DNA of 32,000 nt from Desulfobulbus propionicus DSM 2032 (GTDB lineage Bacteria > Desulfobacterota > Desulfobulbia > Desulfobulbales > Desulfobulbaceae): NCBI RefSeq assembly GCF_000186885.1, contig NC_014972.1:1440001-1472000 (forward strand). The letters are read 5' to 3'. Below are positions 25,709 to 32,000 of the stretch, piece after piece (positions within the stretch are counted from its first letter, which is position 1; each line of letters starts with the position of its first letter). The notes beneath the pieces are model-generated. The model did not search any database, was not told where the DNA came from, and saw only the letters and a list, made by a program, of their open reading frames with translations. Both the position numbers and the translations under genes were made by a program.

Positions 25709-26371
25709 ATGGACAGGGGAGGGAACGTCAAGTGGGGCATCATGGCAGTCGTTCATACTCTAGCGGCAGCATCGACCGCGTTGGCCGGGAACGTGACCCC
25801 GCTCGCGCCGCTGTTTGCCAATGTCAATGCGAGTTACGCGGGTGCCGAGGTCATCATGCCTTATCTTTCGCAGAACGATGCCAACAAGGATGGGTATCGC
25901 GAAAGCCTGACCTACTGGTATCGAATTTATAAAAACAACACCAACACACCGCTTCTCTACTCGTCAACTCCCAAAACCGGTGCGTATCCGGCGGTTTCCT
26001 GCACCAATCCCACCTGGCGGGAAAGCTATACCAACCCGCAATTCATGCGTTCAGGCAAATGGGTGGTGACCGGCCATGACCTGAACATGGAGTGCGATTC
26101 CAACGCCGGCGATAGCGAGGCGCACAATACCTTTGTCTATGTGGCGGATGTGAGCAAATCAGGAGGAGCAGTCAACACCCTGATGTTTGCCAAGGCCGAG
26201 CTGGAGGCCATCGAGTTGGTTGATTACAACAGTGACGGAGTCGGCGACCTGATGGTCTCCATGCATGTGGAGGGGGCGGCGGTCGAACAACTCCGCATCG
26301 TGGTCAAGAATCTGGCGAACTGGGCCACGCTTTCGGACAAAGTCTACGCAGTGTCCAATGTCAAAGACTGA
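25709..26371 (+). CDS. Secreted protein of unknown function
   Basis: 220 aa with a signal-peptide-like N-terminus (WGIMAVVHTLAAASTALA). SD ggaggga upstream. Contains D-x-N-x-D-G segments. Confidence 0.7.
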   Translation: MDRGGNVKWGIMAVVHTLAAASTALAGNVTPLAPLFANVNASYAGAEVIMPYLSQNDANKDGYRESLTYWYRIYKNNTNTPLLYSSTPKTGAYPAVSCTNPTWRESYTNPQFMRSGKWVVTGHDLNMECDSNAGDSEAHNTFVYVADVSKSGGAVNTLMFAKAELEAIELVDYNSDGVGDLMVSMHVEGAAVEQLRIVVKNLANWATLSDKVYAVSNVKD

Positions 26372-26450
26372 AGGGCACACCGTGAAAGGAACAGCTGTTT
26401 CCGTTGCGAGGTGCCATTCCCAATACCTGCCCTGAACAGGAGGCCAAGCC

Positions 26451-26903
26451 ATGCCCATTGGAGAATTGTGCAATCGGGAGGTTGTTTTTGCCAGGCGCAC
26501 GACCACCATCGTCGAGGCGGCGCAGCTCATGCGCCGGTATCATGTGGGTGATCTGGTGGTGGTAGACGAGGTCGGGGGCCGCCGGATTCCGGTCGGCATG
26601 CTGACTGATCGTGATATCGTGGTCGAGATCATCGCCAAATCCTTGCCTGTCGAGGGAGTTACCGCCGGTGAGCTCATGCGGCCGCGGCTGGTCAGCGTGC
26701 CGGAAACGGCAGGCGTGGTGGCGACCATTCAGTTGATGCGTGCCCATGGGGTTCGCCGCATCCCGGTGGTCGATCCGGAGGGTGGGCTTGCCGGCATCGT
26801 GTCTGTGGATGACCTGCTCGATCTCCTGGCCGAGGAATTGACGGAACTGGCCAAGGTCGCCCCGCGCGGTCAGGCAAGTGAGACCCGGACCCGAGGGGAT
26901 TGA
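26451..26903 (+). CDS. Tandem CBS-domain protein
   Basis: Two CBS motifs: VEAAQLMRRYHVGDLVVVDEVGGRRIPVGMLTDRDIV and VVATIQLMRAHGVRRIPVVDPEGGLAGIVSVDDLLDLL. Confidence 0.94.
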   Translation: MPIGELCNREVVFARRTTTIVEAAQLMRRYHVGDLVVVDEVGGRRIPVGMLTDRDIVVEIIAKSLPVEGVTAGELMRPRLVSVPETAGVVATIQLMRAHGVRRIPVVDPEGGLAGIVSVDDLLDLLAEELTELAKVAPRGQASETRTRGD

Positions 26904-26971
26904 CACCTGATTCCGGCATCGCGCCGGTTGTCCCCTCCTTTGGCAACGATTGACAACCACGGCACAGAACA

Positions 26972-28735
26972 ATGCAGACGACAGCCAATATGATCCTCCT
27001 GGCCCGGCAGGATTCGGATGTTTCCCTTGCCATGACCGAGCAGGCGCAACAGGCCGGTTTTCTTGTGCGGCAGGCCAGCTCACCGGCGCAGCTCGCGCAA
27101 ATGGTGCTCCTTCATCCCCCCGATGGCGTGCTCATTGATCCTTCGGGGCATGAGACGGAAATCCTGGCGCTGATCGAGGGACTGACGGCAAAATTTCCCC
27201 ACGTGCCGGTGGTGCTCGTTGCCGCCGCACCCTCAGCGGACAACGTGTTGGAAGCGCTGCGCCGAGGTGTCTGGGATTATCTGGACAGCTCCAGGGAAGA
27301 CAGCGCCACGCTGGCAGGTCGTCTGCTTCGGGTTGTTCATCGATCCGGGCAGGCCACGGAAAAGAGACACGCCCTGGATGCGTACGAGCAGCGGATCCGC
27401 GAGCAATGGACTCGGTTGACGTCGAAAAATTCGCAGCTCGTTCGGGAAATCAAGGATGTGAAAGTGCAGGAACGGCTTCTCCTTCATGCCAAGCGAGAAT
27501 GGGAACGAACGGTCGACGCCCTGCCCGACCTGATTTTCATCGTCGACCGGGATCACCGGATCACCCGCATCAACAAGGCCATGCGTGATCGTCTCGACAT
27601 GGCCTATGACGAGGTGCTGGGGCGCCCCTGTTTTTACTGCTTCCATGGCTGCCATCGGGTAATGGAGCAGTGTCCGCATGAATTGTTGATGAACGATTGC
27701 AAACAGCGCACCGTGGAGATCGAGGAGGAACGGTTGGGCGGTTTCTTTGAGCTCACGGTCGTGCCGTATTACGATGCCGAGGGGGAGTTGGCGGGTTCGG
27801 TGCACATCGCCCGTGATGTTTCCGCGCAGAAGCAGGCACAAAAGGATCAGGAAAAATTGCAGGCCCGACTGCTCCATTCGGCCAAGTTGGAATCCGTCGG
27901 CCAGCTGGCGGCCGGCATCGCCCACGAGATCAACACTCCAACCCAGTTCATCACCGCCAACATCGATTTTCTCGACGAAGCCTTTACCAAGGCGGAGGAG
28001 TTGTGCACCGCTCTTCTGGACGTGCTGACTGCCGTTAAACAGGGGACGGTTGCCCCAGAGCAGTTCGAGGCGATCGAATCGCTGCTCGACGAACTGGACT
28101 GGGCGTATTTACAAGAGGAAATCCCCCTGGCCATTTCCCAGTCCAAGGAGGGGTTGCAACGGGTCACCTCCATTGTTCAGGCGATCAAGGAATTTTCCCA
28201 TCCCGGCAGTAAACAGAAGGTCAGTGCCGACCTCAACAAAATCATCAAGACCACCATCACCGTGGCCAGAAACGAATGGAAGTACGTGGCCACGGTGGAC
28301 ACCCATCTCGATCCCATCCTGGAAACCATCCCTTGTCATGCCGACGAGATCGGCCAGGTATTCCTCAATATTTTGATCAACGCGGCCCACGCCATCGAAA
28401 GCAAGCAGGGGGAATATCCCGAAAACAGACTGGGACGGATCACCATCACCTCGGCGCAGTGCGAGCACTACGCGGAAATCCGGATCGCGGACAACGGACC
28501 GGGCATTCCGCCTCCTATTCAGCACAAGGTATTTGATCCTTTTTTCACCACCAAGCAGGTCGGGAAGGGTACCGGCCAGGGCCTGGCGATCGCCCACGAC
28601 GTGGTCACCACCAAGCACGGCGGCACCCTGAGTTTCGAAACAAGCCCGGAAACGGGAACGACCTTCATCATCCGGCTGCCGCGCGGGGCGAGCGAGCCGG
28701 CCCTCCACGCCGACGTGCCCGGATCGTTCGCATGA
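26972..28735 (+). CDS. PAS-domain sensor histidine kinase with an N-terminal pseudo-receiver-like region
   Basis: PAS region with GRPCFYCFHGCHRVMEQCPH; H-box QLAAGIAHEINTPTQFI; N-box; G-boxes (IADNGPGIPPPI, GTGQGLAIAHDVV). Confidence 0.93.
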   Translation: MQTTANMILLARQDSDVSLAMTEQAQQAGFLVRQASSPAQLAQMVLLHPPDGVLIDPSGHETEILALIEGLTAKFPHVPVVLVAAAPSADNVLEALRRGVWDYLDSSREDSATLAGRLLRVVHRSGQATEKRHALDAYEQRIREQWTRLTSKNSQLVREIKDVKVQERLLLHAKREWERTVDALPDLIFIVDRDHRITRINKAMRDRLDMAYDEVLGRPCFYCFHGCHRVMEQCPHELLMNDCKQRTVEIEEERLGGFFELTVVPYYDAEGELAGSVHIARDVSAQKQAQKDQEKLQARLLHSAKLESVGQLAAGIAHEINTPTQFITANIDFLDEAFTKAEELCTALLDVLTAVKQGTVAPEQFEAIESLLDELDWAYLQEEIPLAISQSKEGLQRVTSIVQAIKEFSHPGSKQKVSADLNKIIKTTITVARNEWKYVATVDTHLDPILETIPCHADEIGQVFLNILINAAHAIESKQGEYPENRLGRITITSAQCEHYAEIRIADNGPGIPPPIQHKVFDPFFTTKQVGKGTGQGLAIAHDVVTTKHGGTLSFETSPETGTTFIIRLPRGASEPALHADVPGSFA

Positions 28736-29952
28736 AGAAAACCGCACTGTTTGTCGACGGCGAACCGAACATCCTTGCCGGGCTGAGGCGGATGCTTCGT
28801 TCGCTGCGCAACGAGATGGATTTCTTTTTTGCCGAAAGCGGCTTCGAAGCCCTCGAGATCCTTGCGGCCCAGCATATTGACGTCATCGTCTCCGACATGC
28901 AGATGCCGGGCATGGATGGGGCCACCCTGCTGGCCACGGTTCAGGAGAAGTATCCGATGACGATCCGTATCGTGCTCTCCGGCCAGGCGGACGAGGTTCC
29001 GGTGCTGCGCGCGGCGGGGGTGGTCCATCAGTTTCTGGCCAAGCCGACCGATCCGGAAAAGATCAAGGAGGTGCTGAAGAGAGCCTGCGCCCTGCAGGAT
29101 CTGATGAAGAACAAGCAGCTCAAGGCGGTGGTGTCACGTATCGGCAAACTGCCGTCCATCCCCGCCATCTATGTGGAACTGAAGAACAAGCTGATGAATC
29201 CTGACTGTTCCGTCAGCGATGTGGCCTCGATCATCATCAAGGACATGGCCATGAGCGCCAAGGTCTTGCAGCTGGTCAACTCCGCCTTTTTCGGCATGTA
29301 CACCAATATCACCAGCCCCCTGCACGCGGTTACCCTGTTGGGACTGGAAACCATCAAGGCGATGGTGCTGGGCATCGGATTTTTCTCGACCCTGCACACC
29401 ACCTCGTCACGGACCTTCTCGGTCGACAAGTTGTGGGATCACTGCGTCCTGACCGCGGCCTTCGCCAAGAAAATCGCCCAGGCGGAAACCAACAACACCC
29501 AGATGATCAACAACACCTTTATCGCCGGCATGATGCACGATATCGGCAAATTGCTGCTGTTTTCGAGCCTGCACGAACCGTACAACCAGGCGATCGCCAT
29601 GGCGCGCAAACAGTACAGCCACCTCAACCAGGCGGAGCAGCAGGTGTTCAACTCCGACCATGCGAATATCGGCGGTTATCTGGTGGGGTTGTGGGGGCTG
29701 CCGGGAAGCGTGATCGAGGCGGTGGCCTTTCATCACCAGTTGGACGACTATCCCAACCCCTCCTTTTGTCCGGCCGTTGCCGTGCATGCCGCCGATGTGA
29801 TCTATTACGAGCTGTTTCCCGAACGGAGCGTGGGCAAGCCGCCGCGGCTCAATTACGGCTATCTGGAGCAAGCCGGGGTCAGGAGGAGGTATTCGGCCTG
29901 GCTTGAGCTCTGCAGCGAGGAATACCCGGGAGAACCGCGCCATGACCGATAA
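28732..29952 (+). CDS. Response regulator with REC and HDOD domains
   Basis: Receiver domain (DVIVSDMQMPGMDG, LAKP) followed by an HDOD domain (LPSIPAIYVELKNKL...AMSAKVLQLVNSAFFG...MHDIGKLLL). 4-nt overlap with the kinase gene. Confidence 0.93.
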   Translation: MKKTALFVDGEPNILAGLRRMLRSLRNEMDFFFAESGFEALEILAAQHIDVIVSDMQMPGMDGATLLATVQEKYPMTIRIVLSGQADEVPVLRAAGVVHQFLAKPTDPEKIKEVLKRACALQDLMKNKQLKAVVSRIGKLPSIPAIYVELKNKLMNPDCSVSDVASIIIKDMAMSAKVLQLVNSAFFGMYTNITSPLHAVTLLGLETIKAMVLGIGFFSTLHTTSSRTFSVDKLWDHCVLTAAFAKKIAQAETNNTQMINNTFIAGMMHDIGKLLLFSSLHEPYNQAIAMARKQYSHLNQAEQQVFNSDHANIGGYLVGLWGLPGSVIEAVAFHHQLDDYPNPSFCPAVAVHAADVIYYELFPERSVGKPPRLNYGYLEQAGVRRRYSAWLELCSEEYPGEPRHDR

Positions 29953-31093
29953 AATTTTGCTTGTTGATGACGAGCCCAACGTGCTCCAGTCCATGCAACG
30001 CCAACTGCATAACCGTTTTGCCCTGCGGACCGCCGGCAGCGGCGAGGAGGCCCTGCGGCTACTTGAGGAGGAAGGGCCTTTCGCGGTCATTGTCACCGAC
30101 ATGCGCATGCCGGGTATGACCGGGGTGGAATTGCTGGCGCGGACAAAGGATCTGTATCCGGATATGGTGCGCCTGATGCTGACCGGCCATGCCGATCAGG
30201 AGACGGCGATGGAGGCGGTCAATTCCGGCCAAATTTTCCGTTTCCTCACCAAACCCTGCCCCCAGGCCACCTTTGTCATTTCCCTGGCCCTGGCTCTCCG
30301 TCAGCATCGTCTGATTGTCGCCGAGAAGGAACTGTTGCAGAAGACGCTCAAGGGCAGCATTCACGTGCTGTCCGAACTGCTGGGCGTGGCCAACCCCCTG
30401 GCCTTCAGCGCCGGACTGCGCATCAGGGATTATGTGGTCCGCATCGCCCAGGAACTGCACCTGCCGCAGATCTGGCAGTGCGAGATTGCGGCGCTGATGT
30501 CCCAGATCGGCTGCATCACCCTGCCGCCGGACATCCTGAACAAAGTCTACGCCGGCGCGAAAATGAGCGCGGAAGAGAGCGAGATGTTCAACAATCATCC
30601 GCTGGTTGGCGCTTCGCTTTTGGAAAAGATCCCCCGCCTGGAGCATGTCACCAAGATGATTTGCCTGCAGCAGAAGCGATACGATGCCTATACCGCTGAA
30701 CTGATGAAAACGATACCCGAGGAAGTGGCGGTTGGTGCCCAGATCCTCAAGGCGGTGATCGATTACGATCGACACCTTGCCCGGGGCATGAGCCGGGGAG
30801 AGGCTATCGGCCAGCTGCGCAAGACAACCGGCGTGTACCACCCGGCTGTTTTGTCGTTGCTGACGTCGTTGAAACTGGAGGACCAGCGGCCGGTGCTCAG
30901 CCTCGCTGCCAATCAGGTCGGGGTGGGCATGGTGGCGATGGACGACATCCTCACCAAGAGCAAGGTGTTGATTATTCCCAAAGGGCTGACCCTGACCTGG
31001 GCGATGGTCCAGGGACTGCAAAATTTTTCCAAAAAAGTCGGAGTGGTCGAACCGATCAGGGTTATGCTCGGTCAGTCGGAGCCGGACACCTGA
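29942..31093 (+). CDS. Response regulator with REC domain and degenerate HD-GYP-like output domain
   Basis: ILLVDDEPNVL, FAVIVTDMRMPGMTG, FLTKP. The C-terminal domain has HD-GYP spacing (AALMSQIGCITLPPDIL, HPLVGASLLEKIPRL) but no HD/HHE/GYP residues. Confidence 0.85.
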   Translation: MTDKILLVDDEPNVLQSMQRQLHNRFALRTAGSGEEALRLLEEEGPFAVIVTDMRMPGMTGVELLARTKDLYPDMVRLMLTGHADQETAMEAVNSGQIFRFLTKPCPQATFVISLALALRQHRLIVAEKELLQKTLKGSIHVLSELLGVANPLAFSAGLRIRDYVVRIAQELHLPQIWQCEIAALMSQIGCITLPPDILNKVYAGAKMSAEESEMFNNHPLVGASLLEKIPRLEHVTKMICLQQKRYDAYTAELMKTIPEEVAVGAQILKAVIDYDRHLARGMSRGEAIGQLRKTTGVYHPAVLSLLTSLKLEDQRPVLSLAANQVGVGMVAMDDILTKSKVLIIPKGLTLTWAMVQGLQNFSKKVGVVEPIRVMLGQSEPDT

Positions 31094-31192
31094 TCAACCT
31101 GCGGGTTCGACGGCCCTTGGCCATTTTTTCCTTGCTCTTCCTGCCGTGACGGAATTGCCGTGTTAACCTGGACGGGTGTCGGCGGGGCTGCT

Positions 31193-31990
31193 TTATGGCT
31201 CTTGTTGCTGGCGCCAGAAATTGGCCCAAGCCTGCCAATCCGGCAACCATTGGAGCTGATTGCCGTGGGGATGGGTCCAGGCGAGGTGCCAACGACGATG
31301 GCGGCCGTTGCTCCACAGATCGGCGGTCCAGTAGAGCCAGCCGAAACGAGGCGGTTCCGGCCCCTGCCACGGGGGCTCCCACTGCAGCCAGAGCACGGGC
31401 TGCGGATGCTGTCTGACCCAGTCGGCCAGGTGGAGGCGGAGAGCGGTGCCTTTGTCGCGCAGATAGGTGGTCAGGTAGGTGTTGAACACCACCAGCGGCG
31501 CATCGTCCAGCGGACCGATGTGCCTGGCAAGAATATGGGGCAGCGCGTCGGGCAGATCGGCCTGGTGGAGCCGGACCGGCACCGGGGACTCATCGAGCTG
31601 GTGCAGGGCCGCGATTCCCTGGCGCAGTCTGGCCAGCCGTTCGCTTTGATCGCCCCAGACAAAGGCGGCCAGGGTCTGTTCTTCCCGCCGTGAACGAAGA
31701 ATAAAAGGCGCCAGGTCGCAGCCGATCCGAGAACGGATCGTCGGGATAGCGGTTGTGGTTGGCGCAACCAGTGGCCCCTCGATGTGGACAACAAATTGGG
31801 GTGGGATGCCGCAGCCCAGTTCAAGCACTCCCTCGTTTCCCTCGCCGTGCAGCAGCCGATAATGGCGCTGATCCGCCACCAGGTTGAGGCCGGCGCTGGC
31901 CCCCAGATCGAGCAGGTGGATGGCCGGCCAGCCCGTAAACAGCACCGGCAGCAGCCAGCACAGACCGCGCGCGGTTTCGTTGGTTTGCAC
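31193..31990 (-). CDS. DUF2332-like protein, probably extends past the right edge
   Basis: NETARGLCWLLPVL...IHLLDLGASAGLNLVADQRHY (ExGASAGLNL signature) and VVFNTYLTTYL, as in DUF2332 proteins. The reading frame appears to continue beyond the window. Confidence 0.75.
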   Translation of the reverse strand: MQTNETARGLCWLLPVLFTGWPAIHLLDLGASAGLNLVADQRHYRLLHGEGNEGVLELGCGIPPQFVVHIEGPLVAPTTTAIPTIRSRIGCDLAPFILRSRREEQTLAAFVWGDQSERLARLRQGIAALHQLDESPVPVRLHQADLPDALPHILARHIGPLDDAPLVVFNTYLTTYLRDKGTALRLHLADWVRQHPQPVLWLQWEPPWQGPEPPRFGWLYWTADLWSNGRHRRWHLAWTHPHGNQLQWLPDWQAWANFWRQQQEP

Positions 31991-32000
31991 CGTGGCATGG

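Noticed and set aside
1-32000. CRISPR array, rRNA operon or intact insertion sequence
   Set aside because: No regularly spaced repeats, rRNA sequence or transposase with ITRs could be seen in the window.

Overview
This is a 32 kb stretch of a Desulfobulbales-like (Desulfobacterota) chromosome; the taxonomic call is inference from protein style. From left to right it contains:
(1) An arsenic-associated cluster. It has a truncated arsC missed by the ORF track (1-161), an ACR3-type arsenite efflux pump, and a Mo-bisPGD/4Fe-4S/triheme-c7 respiratory oxidoreductase operon of the ArrA/TtrA/SrrA superfamily. A divergent arsR with a CVC metal-box and a radical SAM gene follow.
(2) An apparently minimal mobilisation module with no mating-pair/T4SS genes (7857-12522). 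It encodes an unknown protein, a TraD-like coupling ATPase, a MOBH-like HD-domain protein, a membrane protein and a small protein, followed by HU and a tyrosine integrase beside the 3' end of tRNA-Leu(UAA).
(3) Chromosomal housekeeping genes: a RCK-gated K+ channel, pdxJ read in frame from ybeY, phoH/ybeZ, a DsbA-like protein, and B12-dependent ribonucleotide reductase preceded by two well-spaced NrdR-box-like sites.
(4) A palindrome-rich interval with three different inverted repeats, one a perfect 23-bp pair, followed by an autotransporter beta-barrel protein, an RlpA-like protein, a BON lipoprotein, an unknown secreted protein and a CBS protein.
(5) A three-gene signalling cassette: PAS histidine kinase, REC-HDOD, and REC plus a catalytically degenerate HD-GYP.
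(6) A DUF2332-like gene truncated by the right edge.
The strongest candidates for something under-described are the T4SS-less MOBH/TraD module at tRNA-Leu and the long-form Mo-reductase/c7 operon in an ars context.
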